From Mobula hypostoma (taxonomy: Eukaryota), in contig NC_086097.1 in assembly GCF_963921235.1 (NCBI RefSeq), forward strand, positions 70,992,001 to 71,056,000: a DNA stretch of 64,000 nucleotides. The letters are read 5' to 3'. The position numbers were made by a program, and so were the translations under genes. Below the pieces are notes generated by a model. That model was not told where the DNA came from. It did not search any database and worked only from the letters and a program-made list of their open reading frames with translations. This document shows positions 41,084 to 54,539 of this stretch, piece by piece. The stretch's first letter is position 1. Each line of letters begins with the position of its first letter.

Positions 41084-41962
41084 TGTTACGTACCCCGTAA
41101 CTGGGTTGCCAAACCAGCAGAAATGGATCACTCAGTTGGAGTCTGGAGTACTAGAACTAAGAAAGTTTTATTAAAGAAACAAGCAACACAGTAATCGAAA
41201 GGATAATAAATGCAACAGTTCAGTGATGATAAACACACAGGTGCACAGCATTAAGATAACAGCATCAATCAAGCTCTATCGTTGTCTAGGGGTAAATGAC
41301 CAATTTCAAAATGACTCAAAGTTCAGTCCAGTTAGTAGTTCAGTTCGCAGTAATCGTTGCCATGGCGGTGGACAACGTGGGGGAAGAGAGAGATAGAATA
41401 GGAACAACTCATCATTCAGAACGGCTTCACTCACAGACCAGCAAGATGGCTCACAGACCAGCGAGATGGCTCACAAACAGCTTTTGGGCGGGTCCTTGGT
41501 GATGTCACCTGAGGTCACCGACTGTGACCCCTCCTCCAGATGCGGTCGATCCTCTGCAGTGAACCCGGCACCCAGGCAAGGGCGGACACACACCGGGTTC
41601 CCGCTGATCGTACCTTTCCACCCTGGTCGTTGTCTGGTACTTCTCACCCACTCGTGAGAAGCGTACCGCTTCCAGGGTCTCGTTACCTCGGGTGGCGTGT
41701 GTGTCTGTCTTAGCGAACCTGTCCCTTTTTATCCCCCTGCTGGGGTATCGCCTGTCCATCACTTCAAACAGTTCAGGGTTCAAAGGGGGGAGCCGCTCCA
41801 GACAGCTCTTCCTCCCACATCCCTTCATTACACATCTCCAGACGCTGCTCCATTGTTCCTTATCTCTCCTTCCCCTGAGGGCAGGTGGCAGACCAACTGC
41901 TGATGCCACTGATGCTAGCCCAGGCCAGCAAACATCTTAATTTTATGTGTATTCTCGTAACA
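41084..41962 (-). mobile_element. Solo LTR (879 bp), probably Gypsy/Ty3 or ERV type
   Basis: Termini TGTTACG...CGTAACA form a 7-bp inverted repeat (TG..CA) flanked by a perfect 4-bp TSD ATAG (41080-41083, 41963-41966). Minus strand shows a TATA-like GATAAAAA (~41726-41733) and AATAAA (41167-41172). Internal 20-bp tandem repeat at 41431-41479. Confidence 0.88.
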
Positions 41963-42121
41963 ATAGAGAAACAGTTAATGTTGAATCATTGTTTGTCCTT
42001 GCACAGGTTTTGCGTAGCATGCTGAATACTTCCTTCATTTTTTCATTAAGTTATTATGAATACTACAGAAACAGTAAAATTATTTCATGACAGTAAACTC
42101 AGTTTTATTTTCTTTTGACAG

Positions 42122-42174
42122 GAGATGTGTCTATCAGTATCTCAGTGTCAAATAGTGAGATCCAGGAAAATGTG
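42122..42174 (+). CDS. PRKD1: Protein kinase D1, internal exon (53 nt), linker before the kinase domain
   Basis: Acceptor tttgacAG, donor GTaagt; encodes (R)DVSISISVSNSEIQENV, matching PKD1 RDISVSISVSNCQIQENV. Starts in phase 1, so upstream exons are outside the window. Confidence 0.93.
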
Positions 42175-43171
42175 GTAAGTTGTGTTTGTAGAGAAAAAAA
42201 ATTTACTCTTCACCACAGTAATAAATACTCATGGTTGCCCAACTGTGTCACTGAAATAGTTTTGTTTATTTTAGAAGAAAATAATTCAGGAAGGACCATC
42301 AGTGACCTCTTGCAGAATATTGAAGATGGAAATGGATCATTGATGAAATTCATTAAAGCATTAAATTATTATTGATGCTTCTTAACCTATAACAGCCTAC
42401 AAACCTCCCCCCGCCCCATCCCATCGCATTTGCACTGAATGTTTAAAACCTGGGAGTAACGTCTTTAGAAAAACTGCAAGTTTAAATCATTCAGTACAGA
42501 TGGGTTATTTCTCAGGTATGTCTCAGGAACTAGGAAGTAAATAAACCAAATAAGTCATGCAGATCCTTTCCAAAGTCTTGATATCCTTGCTAAAGTGTGG
42601 TCCCTAACAATGTGTGCAACACCCTAGCAGGGGTGGAGGCTTTTATATAGATTTAGTACCCTGACTTGCTTGCTTTATACATCTATAAACCTAAAATCTC
42701 ATGTGGTTTATAAACTGCCTTTTAAAAAATTTATCCAGTTATCTCCAACATGCCCTCTAATGTTTCTCTCCTCTTGAAACCAGTTATGTTGACCATTTTT
42801 ACACCAAAATATATCACATTTTTCTGCCCTGAATTTCTTCTGTAACTTGTCCACTAATTACACTAGTATGTCTAAGCCTTCTTCAACAGTTACTATTTTA
42901 TTCACCGTTCCACTCTATGTCTTTGTGTCGTATACAAATCTTGAAATTCTATCCCCAAGTCCAGGTCATTAATAGTCATCGAGACAAAAGTGTTGTTGTT
43001 ATTGAAACATAGTGGCCATCTCTCACGATGATAAATAGGTACTTCTCTATTATAGTATTTGTGAAATTTTGTCCCTAAATATTGTAATCTATGAAAGATA
43101 TGAGTAAAATATGACAGCAGTATATAGGATATGAATACTTGGCATTTAAGGATTAAATGTAGAGTCTGTAA

Positions 43172-43336
<165 letters not shown>

Positions 43337-44007
43337 TAAAACATACAAATCTTCAATTTTTATAGAGTAGTCATTCTATAGAAATCTGTTAAATGTTTCT
43401 ACTTTTACATTGGGTTGAAGCTTTGTATCCGATATTTAATTTTGCTCATGGATTAGTGGTCAGTAATTTTATGCATGTCTTGACCATATCAGTGCACTCA
43501 ATTCTCAAGAGTCAATGACCACACCTTCATTTCAAATATCCAGACCTGTGATTATTTGGTAAGTGATGCAAATACTAATGAAGATGCAATGATACTTCTC
43601 CACCACATGCCGTCAGTTTTCTTGTGGTAGTAACTTGTTCTTTTTAAGTTATCAAGTATGGATGGTTCTTTGTCTCCCTTTTGATAAAAAGCACAGTTTT
43701 TTTTCACTGATGGAGGTAATCAGCATCAGGCCTTTTTAAAGACAAAGTTAAAAAATAATTCTATATGCAGAAGGAGGCAGAGTTTTAAAAATTGTCAATC
43801 TTATAGAGCAAAAGGATTAGGGAATGGCAGAGAAGGGTCAGATCTTCTTAATAAGTGAAATACTAAAAAAGCATCCAATTACACCAATTAATTAAAAAAG
43901 TTGTTGCAGGAATAGACAATATAAAAATAGGTTTTGATACAATTTTACAGGACAATGGTGAGACTGCGGCTGGAGCATCTATTTTTGTTGAGGTTTGAAG
44001 TTAATAT

Positions 44008-44222
44008 CTATGAAATCTGTGGAATTCCCTACCTCAGACAGCTGTGGAGAGGCTTCATAAAAGGTGGAAATTGACAGTCATTTAAAATACAGAGAAGTCA
44101 AGGAGGATTAGAAGAGTGAGCAGGAAAGTGGTGTGAAGGACAAGACTGGATTATCTAAATTAAATGGTGAAGCAGGTTTGAGTAGCCAACTGACCTATTC
44201 TACGCTTATTCAATATGTTCTC
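44008..44222 (+). mobile_element. Old degraded CR1-type LINE 3' fragment
   Basis: AATCTGTGGAATTCCCTACCTCAGACAGCTGTGGAG (NLWNSLP motif) resembles the ORF2 end of the younger CR1 at 53359-54355; followed by a decayed 3' UTR. Confidence 0.6.
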
Positions 44223-45752
44223 GTTGTCATGTCAGATTTTAATAACATACATTTCATTGCAAAAATCTAAGTGATATGGGGAGATGTGGGGTTAGGTTTG
44301 CCATACTTTCATATAAAGATGGAACAAACTCGAGGGTCTTATTCTGTCCCTGTAATTATATATGTAGTTACACAGGAGCAGTTTTATATTACACTTAATT
44401 CAATCTTGTATAGGTCAGTTACCCAGTTTATTAATAGTTATGTAAAGATTGGATTTTTACCTCAAGGAACAAAAGTTTACCATGATTATAACTTGCCATT
44501 ACTTTTGATATTTAGTGATCTACAGGCAGTCATCTTGTAAGGTGACTCATTCTCTTTTACAAAGAATTTTGGTCCAGCAAACGGAATAAAATAACTGGTA
44601 GTATTTTATAAATGATGGTTTATGGTCTCTATAAGTGGGGTGAAAGCAGAGCTGCAAAGAAGATATTTAGCCTGGGCAGTCACTTGCTCTGATGCATCAA
44701 TTCTGTCTGTGTGAAGACTTTGACAGTTTTGCCAAATACTCCAAGAGATGTGGGAGAAAAGGCTTTTTTGTTGCCTGCAACATGTAAGTGAATGATTCCT
44801 CTATCAAACGATGGGCAGATGGCATTGCATAGATTACACGTAATGAAATTTTTACTGGAAGTATCAGTTATATTTAAGGTAAATTTATTTAAATACTATA
44901 ATTAAACATTTACCTTCAGCAGAGCACTAAACCAGTACACTCTTACGAGTTTCTGTTGCTGTGCTCTATCTGATTTTATCTGGCCAGATAATTGATAATA
45001 CCTCCAGATTTTGATAGCCAGAGTTAATTGCATGTAATTTCTCATTTTAGATCTTGATTATTGAAATCAGAATGTCAGGAAGATCAGATAGATGTATACA
45101 TATTTTATTTCAAAATACCAACTGCACCATACAAAATCTTCCATGTTTGTATCAGTAGATCACATTAGAAGCATCCCCATTTACAAAGTAATATCAATTG
45201 GTTGCACACATTACATTTACCACATAATTATTTTCTAAAGCAGCTCACCAGGAAATATACTCTTATATTGATGATAAATTGTTTACTTTAAACTTTGTCA
45301 CACAGGACAATTATTGATGAAGTTGCCTCGCATGAGTTCACTTCCTATTTTTCTAATTTCTGCGAGTTTCCCTTTTAAGAATATCCAGTCTCAGATCGTG
45401 TGCCTCAAGACCTTAGTGGTCAGTTTTGCAGAAACTGACCTTCAGCTGATCAATTCTAACACACCACGCAAACAGTTGCTTTGTAAGATGGTGCACTTGC
45501 CCTCTTCAACTATTGATTGCTCCCATCTCGATTGAAAGAGGGGCACCAGCCATCATTGTATTACACTTACGTGCTAATTAGTGTGTTTCATTCTCTGTCA
45601 TGCGTCTGATATCATTTGCAAGCACTTGGCCAAGGCTCAGGGTGACTACCAAATGGTAACCGCAAAGTTGGAGAGGACAGGAAATGCAATTCATTAATTT
45701 AAACCTCACTAGAAAATACTGGCAATTAGGTCAATCCATGTATAAAACATGA

Positions 45753-45893
<141 letters not shown>

Positions 45894-46735
45894 TAAATTC
45901 TGACTATCAACTAAAAAGTCTACATAAATTAGCATTGGGTAGGGAGTCAAAAGTGTTTAAAATATTGTTTAACTTTTGAAATCCATGATAAGAATCTAGC
46001 CTTCTAGTGTTGAAAGCCACCTCTCAAATGGTTCTAAGTGACTTAGTAGTCATTTCTAGTACCAACAGGTCAATGTAATAATGTGGGTAGTGTAGACGAG
46101 AGGAAGCATCACTCTGTCTGACTTTTGCTTGAGTTCACCATTGTAATTAACTGACTTACTCTTTAGTACTGAAATCATTATGGAAAATAAGTCTATAAAT
46201 CTTGAAAGTATAAACTAAGTATTTATGGGATGTAGATTGCTGAGTAAGTTTTGGTATTTAATAGCCATGTGGCATTAATTTCAGGATTCCTACACAAAGG
46301 TGTAGGTACCAAATTTGCCAGCAGCTCTCCGAGTATACGCCACTTTTGGAGTTCACGCAGTATTCAGCAGCAAGGCAAGACCTGGCTGCATTTCTCCAGG
46401 GACTTAAAATAAAACAAAAGGAGAATTTAAATAATAGTTTTGATTGTTTCTAAGAATCAGCAACATTGAAATCTCTGGATGGGTTTGTCATCTAAAGCTG
46501 TGGCAGATCTTGTTCTAGCCAACACAACTGACAGCATTACCTTGTGCAGCTGCCAGGGCCTGGTCATTTAGGATTAAGCAGCTTTGTGCAGCTAGTCTAG
46601 AAATCTGAAAAAGGTAAATCTTACTTACCACAGTGAACAGCCCAAGCCAGATGTCTTGTTTTTTAATCGAATAGTCCTCTGTAATTTAACTCTGACAATG
46701 CTTCATAAAATGTTTAGAGATTTTATGCCTTATAA

Positions 46736-46972
<237 letters not shown>

Positions 46973-47886
46973 TGACGGGTGATTAATAATAGAATTTTCA
47001 AAAGGTTAAATAGGGTCATCATCAGGAGTACTTCAGCATTGGCCCAACCAGCATGCAGCCTGCACCTGAAATGAACCATCTCAACCAACTTAACTCAAAA
47101 GGAAGTGTAAGGTTAATGCAATCCCCATAGCGACCATATATATTTATATTTTCTTGCCCATGATTGATATGTTGAAATGAAATTATACTTTCGGCATGAC
47201 CTTTGAGCTCCGAGTCAGAATAGTGAAAAGTAGTGCTTAGATCATCAGTCAAGCACAAATTACCTTGCAGCATTGTCTACACATGTTCATCAAGTTGTTT
47301 CTGGTCTTCTGAGATTCTCTGCAGCTGGTGAAGACTTCCCTCTGCATGCTGTTGTTTACTTCACATTTAAGTGGAGTCACAGCTTTGAAGTAATTTTTGT
47401 CTATTAATCAAAAATCTACATATTGACAATGAATTAAAAGAGCAATTAGTGCAAGATGAATGAGGGAATTTAAGTGAATGCAATGTGCATTGAATTTAAA
47501 GTTATTAAAGGAAGTTATGGGTGAGATGAGTTACAAATAATTTTTCCATTAAACTTTTACTAATAAAAATGTATTCCTCAGGACGTATGAAGAAAAAGAT
47601 GCCAAAATTGCCCTTTTTTTAATGGAAACCAGCTTTAAACATTGGTTTGAAGTTGTAAAATATAAAAAACTCATTTCGCATCATACATCTGTCAGTCATA
47701 AGGTTTTTTTAATGAGTTCTTACATTGAGGAACTGAACAAACTTAAGAAATGTTTTCTCAGATATTCATTCTTACTCAGAATGGTTAAAAAGACAAAGTA
47801 CAAAACTCCTTTGTGTTATCATCTCATAATACTGGCTGGTATTGTTTTAATGCACTTTCTTCCTTGATTTTGTGCTCTTGGAAAGA

Positions 47887-48948
47887 CAGTGGGTTCTGGT
47901 TAATTGGGCCATTGGTTAATTGGGGTAGCTGCTTATTTGGGACAACTCTTATTGAACAAAAAACAAATTGAGAAAATACCCGGGATTCTCTTTGTGTATT
48001 TGGGACACCATGTCACGTAATTGAGGCAGGACAAACATTTTCTAACTAGTGTCTGTCACGTGTACATCATGTGGCCTTTTGACACTTCACCATGCTTAGA
48101 GTGAACAGATTTTAAATAACATCATTTGTGTCTATTTGTCTTCAAAAAGCAGTGATGTTTGTCACTGATAGTTAACAAGAAATAAGCAGCAAGACAATTC
48201 AGAATTGTTTTACTCACTGTGCTATCAAGCCTTCAGACTTAGAAATGCCAGAAACGGCCAGGAGGGAAAATAAAACAATTTCACTACTTCAACAAGTTAG
48301 GGACTATGAAGAACTTGACAAAAAATTTGAAGATATTGACAATTATCTTGAATGTTACCTTTGGTCCCTACTGGACATTCAACTGTCACCTGTAGCTCCA
48401 AGTAGCTGTTTGTGTGCGAAAGTGGGCACACCCTGGTAAACCACATCAATAGACAGGTTAAACCAGGTGAGGGTAGCTGGCACTGTGAGATCGGGAGAGG
48501 CCTGTCCTAGCATGTGAAGTCAGCTCCAGCAGACTGGTCAGATGAGATCAACAGTGTGAACCCAACTGTCAGGAAGACCATTCTACAATGCTATGTGGAT
48601 AGCGAAGGGCATGACAAGGCACAGAAGTCATAGTCATCCACAGCAACCACGGGGTCCCCAGTTATGACATCAACTCGTCCCTATTGGACCAGGAATTACA
48701 AGGTCGAGAGAGTGGAATTGCCCCAATGCAACAGCTTTTCTATTTTAAAAACTCTTACACACAGGTTTTCTGTCATCATCAGATACAATGGACAATCACC
48801 AATAATATTGGTAGTGTTCTAGTTTGTTCAATATTTCATTTAAATACATAATTTGTTATTCAGTTAAATGTAGTTTGTTTAACTATTTCCATGAAACTTC
48901 ATTTAATTGGGCCAGGATTTACTGGTCCCAATTAACCAGAATCCACTA
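47887..48948 (+). mobile_element. Non-autonomous pogo/Tigger-type (Tc1/mariner) DNA transposon
   Basis: 22-bp TIRs CAGTGGGTTCTGGTTAATTGGG / CCCAATTAACCAGAATCCACTA (20/22 match); TA on the right flank, GA on the left. Internal remnant DS*QEISSKTIQNCFTHCAIK (~48167-48229) resembles the pogo DDE C-terminal W..V...TI.NCF...GF motif. Confidence 0.8.
48358..48800. repeat. Probable second repeat nested in the Tigger-like element
   Basis: Abrupt shift to more GC-rich sequence interrupting the AT-rich transposon body. No TSD identified; family unknown. Confidence 0.4.
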
Positions 48949-49045
48949 TATTCAGTAGGTGGAGTCTAGTTTTCCATATGTTCAATAAAGAGTAAGCAAT
49001 CATTCTTGCATGATGCTGTTAGTAATTTGATTTTCTTTAAATCAG

Positions 49046-49144
49046 ATACTTGTTGCTTTGCGACATCTCCATTTTAAGAACATAGTTCACTGTGATCTGA
49101 AACCTGAGAATGTCCTCCTAGCATCGGCTGATCCCTTGCCACAG
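49046..49144 (+). CDS. PRKD1: Protein kinase D1 exon (99 nt), catalytic loop
   Basis: atcAG...GTtaga boundaries; [33 protein letters not shown] with the PKD-type HCDLKPEN motif. Confidence 0.97.
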
Positions 49145-49275
49145 GTTAGAATGATTATCTAATGTTAGTCTGCGAAGAGAGTTGCTGTTGATTTCATATA
49201 TCAGTACATTTGTGACCAATCCTTTTCTTGCAAAATTTTAATACTCATCCTACTTGGTTCTTTTCCAAACATTAG

Positions 49276-49581
<306 letters not shown>

Positions 49582-50509
49582 TAGAACCATTATTATGTTT
49601 CTTCAATCCATTCAAAAGGAGATGTTCCCTCTGAAGGAGAGCTATATAGAGGCCAATCTTCTTACTGTTTGCAGTGTAGGAAAAAATGTGTTCAGTGCCC
49701 TTGCTAGATACAAACATTCTGAACATTTAACTGTTTTATTGTGGCTTAATGTAACATTGTGTTACCTATATTTCTTCATATCAAATGGAAGAGGAGGCTC
49801 GAAAAGAAAAATAGTCCTATTTTCTATTTTCACAGAAGGAAAAGCTTTAACTGGTTTTGTCTAACTAATCTCCATCTTGGAGTATGTTAGTTGATCAAAT
49901 CTGCGTTAGTTAAAAAATGATCAATGTAATTATAAATGTAGTTGTGGTAAAATTGCACTGCATGCCACCATTTTTCCAGTGCTATGGCTACTGATTTGTT
50001 TCACATCTCCACTATGAATCACACATATGCACTTTTAGCTTTGCGTAGCAAACTGGGTAAGACGGAAATGTGTGCGTCAGTTGCATCACAAGTATATGCC
50101 AGAGATAGAGTAGGCAGGTGGCGGTGTCAAACCTGGTGCAATGTTGATTTGCTGTCACCTCTGCCAAATTGTCCTGTATCTATCCAACTAGTGTAGGTGT
50201 TAATCACACATAGAAAACCTGGTGTTTAGCAACAAGAAGCACAAGTCCCATCCACTATCCGCCCCCATCCAGTCTTAGTTTTGTAAAGAATCTTAAAGGA
50301 CTTGCAGATTTGTTGGTGATTGAATTTGGAATTCAGTTTCTTCAAAGAAGTGCACATTGATTGAAGTGAGTTGATAATTACAGATCTTCAGCTGTCTTTT
50401 TGGTTGACACAAATAGGGCCAATGCTTGCGATACTCCTGGGCTTTTGCAATATGAAAAAGCATGCAGCCCAAAGTGCATGGTGACTTACCAAAAGAGAAA
50501 TAGGAGAAA

Positions 50510-51877
50510 ATGTCTATGAAGGTTCTCAATCATCCAGTTCTTTGTATATCAAGCAGTAGAGTGTCAAGGCTACAGGACTTGCTCTGTTGTCTAGAAGATA
50601 TTTTGCCAGTCATCCGAGAGACTTCTTCATTTCTGATCCATGGTGCGTAGTTTAACTGACTTATAAACTCTGTGAGTTGTTTAAAGGTAAAAGCAGCTTC
50701 AGAAGCTATCAAGACAGTAAGAAAACTGATATGTCAGGACAGTAGCCTGGACAATAGAACCACACTCAACTCGGATCAGGTATGTACTCTACCCGATGTC
50801 TCCTACGGGTAGAAACACGGTTTTACCATGGCTTCGCCTGTTTCTCCTATTGTAGCCAACTTACACATGGAAGAAGTGGAAAGGACAGCCTTGAACACCT
50901 TCCATGGAACATCACCCTGTTATTGGTTCAGGTAAGTGGATGACACCTGGGTCAAGATCAAAATCCATGAGGTGTAAGCCTTCACAGAACACATCAACTC
51001 GGTGAATAATATCAAATTTACATGAGAAGACATCGAGGACAATAGATTGGCCTTTTTAGACTGTGGAGTACTTATCAAAGAAAATGGACATCTAGATATT
51101 GAAGTTTACAGAAAACCAACCCACACAGATCAGTACCTATGGTTTGACTTTCATCACCCATTAGAACGCAAGTTGGGGGTTATGAGAACACTGCATCACC
51201 ATGCTGACAATGTGCCTACCAACATTACAACTAAAGACAAGGAGCACAAGTACTTGAGAGAAGCCTTGAAAGCTTGAGGCTACCCTGACTGGGCCTTTCT
51301 CAAGACAGTAACAAAAACCAGTAGGGATGCCAGCCTAACGGACAGAGGTAAGGAACAAAGCAGACAGAAAAACATAGTCATCTCCTATGTAGCTGGAGTT
51401 TCAGAGAAATTCAGAAGGATTTACAACAAACACCCAATCCCTTTGGTTTTCAAACCTACAAACACACTCAGACAGAAACTCGTCCACCCCAAGGATCCTA
51501 CACCCAAACAGAGGCAGAAAAACTCTGTTAAAGAAGCCGTCTTTGTCAAACTGGAAAACCCAGCCCTGAACAGAGGGGGTGGGGTACGACACCACCTATT
51601 AGCTACTTACAATGCAATCCTAATATCTTTACCCCAACATCTCCACAACAATTCATACCTCCATTCATGTAAAGATAAGGCTAATGACCCTCTCATTACC
51701 TCTATGACTCTTAATGAACTTCAGGTGATTGCTATACTTTCCGAACAACTCACAGAGTTTATAAACCGGAAAACTATGCACCATGGATTAGGCCTGAAGA
51801 AGCCTCCTGGATGAGTGGTGAAATGTCCTCTAGACAACACAGCAAGTCCAGTTGCCTTGACTCACTACTGCTTGATT
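50510..51877 (+). mobile_element. Penelope-like element (Poseidon-type), decayed RT, with inverted 5' pseudo-LTR
   Basis: RT motifs MASPVSPIVANLHMEEVE...WFR*VDDTWV and AFLDC...VYRKPTHTDQYL with stops and frameshifts. 50548-50682 is a diverged reverse complement of 51744-51876. Candidate TSD AAATAGGA(G/C)AA. Confidence 0.85.
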
Positions 51878-52379
51878 AAAAAATAGGACAATGGCTGTGA
51901 CTCAGATGGAAAATCCATTAAGATTCCAAAGGAATACATGTCTATCTGCGTCTGACAAAGGAGCAATGCCTTTGGACACACTATGATTTCTACCTTGGTT
52001 TTTGTGTCTGTGGCAGTAAAAATCACATTGGTTTTTCACCCTTCTATGTTGAAGCTAAAGATTTAGAAACCTCTGGATGTTGAAGGTAACAGGCTGTAGC
52101 CTGAAGCAGCGCCAAACTCATCTCCTCCCTCTGGCACAGCAGTAAGGAGTCTGTATCTGAAGGTTCACAGATAGTTGGGGGGGGAGGGGAGGGGGGAGAA
52201 GGGATGGCAATTGAATGTCCTTGGCTTAAGCATCTGTTTTAGAACACAGATGTGTACTACAACAGCAGTGCATTTCATTGGCTATATCGAAGGCTTGCAG
52301 GTAGCAGCAAGGCCTGTCTTCATTCAAGCAGGGTCTGATAGCACAAGTAATATTCACAGAATTCCTGTGTGAAGCAATT

Positions 52380-52975
52380 ACTGCCTCCCTAAGGAAGGAT
52401 ATATCTGCTGTTGAGGGAATAGAGTGAAGGTTCATTGCAATGATTAGTACCCGGCATATAATTTCTGGAGTTTCATTAGCGAGGTGATCACAGTAAAACA
52501 TACAAGGTTCTTTTGAGGCATGACAGGGAGAGAAGTACAGTTGATGTTTTCTCAGTCTCAAATCCAGGTGTCGCCGTCTCAAAATAGAAGGTGGGTTTAG
52601 ATCAAAGCTGGTGATCTGCATTTCTGGCCTCTGCACTATAGAAACAATGTGATTGTACTGGAGAAAATGCTGAGGAGACTGACCACCAGAATGGTGCCTT
52701 GGGAATTTGTTCCCACAACAGAGATATCTAAAACCAGAGTGTGTAGGTATAAGGAGAGAAGTAAGAGGGCTATATGGGAGTGAGGAAGAACATTCAAAAG
52801 GTAATTACAAAGTACAATACATTGCCTAAGAATTTAAGAAGTATCTGGGTGAGTAATTGAATCTCTAAGGTGTGGAATGATTAAAGTGTTGCTAAGTAGA
52901 TTTGGTATAGATGGACGACTGATGATCAGCATAGCTGTCTTAGGCAGAAGGGCCTGTTTCTATGCTGTGACACTG
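52380..52975 (+). mobile_element. Old CR1-type LINE fragments (two patches, ~52380-52450 and ~52650-52975)
   Basis: CTAAGGAAGGATATATCTGCTGTTGAGGGAATAG resembles the LRKDIFAIEGVQRRF coding stretch of the CR1 nearby; CR1-like tail GGCAGAAGGGCCTGTTTCTATGCTGT. Confidence 0.5.
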
Positions 52976-53358
52976 TAAATTTCTCTATCCTTTGTGTGAT
53001 CCTATGGAAAAGCTGGACTTGTGGTTGGAAATAAGCAGAACAGAGAGGAGTGAACAAAGTTCAGGGCATCAGAAAGAATGAATGTTTTTAGGTGGCGGGG
53101 AGAAATAATAAAAGGCAAAACGTCACTTTTACATGAAATTTCTTTTTTTCTGATCAACAAATGATGTGCTACAGGGATCAGTAAGTAGTGGAACCTCGAC
53201 TTTTTGCAATTTCTGTAAGTGAATTGTATGAAGACATTTAAGCTATAATTACTAAATTTGCTGTTGGCATAAAGGTATGTCAAAAAGTAAGTTCTGAAGA
53301 TGAGGAAAAGAGGCTAAAAAAGTTATACTTGCTTAGTTCCCAGTGGAGTATAGCCTAT

Positions 53359-54355
53359 TAGAAACATAGAAACATAGAAAATAGGTGCAGGAGTAGGCCA
53401 TTTGGCCCTTCGAGCCTGCACCGCCATTTATTATGATCATGGCTGATCATCCAACTCAGAACCCCGCCCCAGCCTTCCCTCCATACCCCCTGACCCCTGT
53501 AGCCACAAGGGCCATATCTAACTCCCTCTTAAACATAGCCAATGAACTGGCCTCAACAGTTTCCTGTGGCAGAGAATTCCACAGATTCACCACTCTCTGT
53601 GTGAAGAAGTTTTTCCTAATCTCGGTCCTAAATGGCTTCCCCTCTATCCTCAAACTGTGACCCCTCGTTCTGGACTTCCCCAACATCGGGAACAATCTTC
53701 CTGCATCTAGCCTGTCCAATCCCTTTAGGATCTTATACGTTTCAATCAGATCCCCCCTCAATCTTCTAAATTCCAACGAGTACAAGCCCAGTTCATCCAG
53801 TCTTTCTTCATATGAAAGTCCTGCCATCCCAGGAATCAATCTGGTGAACCTTCTTTGTACTCCCTCTATGGCAAAGATGTCTTTCCTCAGATTAGGGGAC
53901 CAAAACTGCACACAATACTCCAGGTGTGGTCTCACCAAGGCCTTGTACAACTGCAGTAGTACCTCCCTGCTCCTGTACTCAAATCCTCTCGCTATAAATG
54001 CCAGCATACCATTCGCCTTTTTCACCACCTGCTGTACCTGCATGCCCACTTTTAATGACTGGTGTATAATGACACCCAGGTCTCGTTGCACCTCCCCTTT
54101 TCCTAATCGGCCACCATTCAGATAATAATCTGTTTTCCTATTTTTGCCACCAAAGTGGATAACTTCACATTTATCCACATTTTTAAGTTGCATCTGCCAT
54201 GAGTTTGTCCACTCACCCAACCTATCCAAGTCACTCTGCATCCTCTTAGCATCCTCCTCACTGCTAAGACTGCCACCCAGCTTCGTGTCATCTGCAAACT
54301 TGGAGATGCCGCATTTAATTCCCTCATCCAAGTCATTAATATATATTGTAAACAT
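53359..54355 (-). mobile_element. Young 5'-truncated CR1-clade LINE (ORF2 RT C-terminus and 3' UTR)
   Basis: Open 299-aa frame FTIYINDLDEG...SKFADDTKL...LYKALVRPHLEYCVQFWSP...FFTQRVVNLWNSLP; 3' end in a tandem (TTTCTATG)n 8-mer typical of CR1. Confidence 0.95.
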
Positions 54356-54539
54356 ATATATTGATGACCTCCCGTCTCCATCACCTTCTGGTCAATGATA
54401 AGGTTGGAGTTCATCAATCCTTCTGCAATCCATTGTATCCACAGTACAAGCAATTGGCCTAACAGCTTCACCAGAGCCTTACCCATTTTCACCTCTCACA
54501 ATGGGGATATAGATTTGGACTTAGGGAAGCCAAAAAAAA

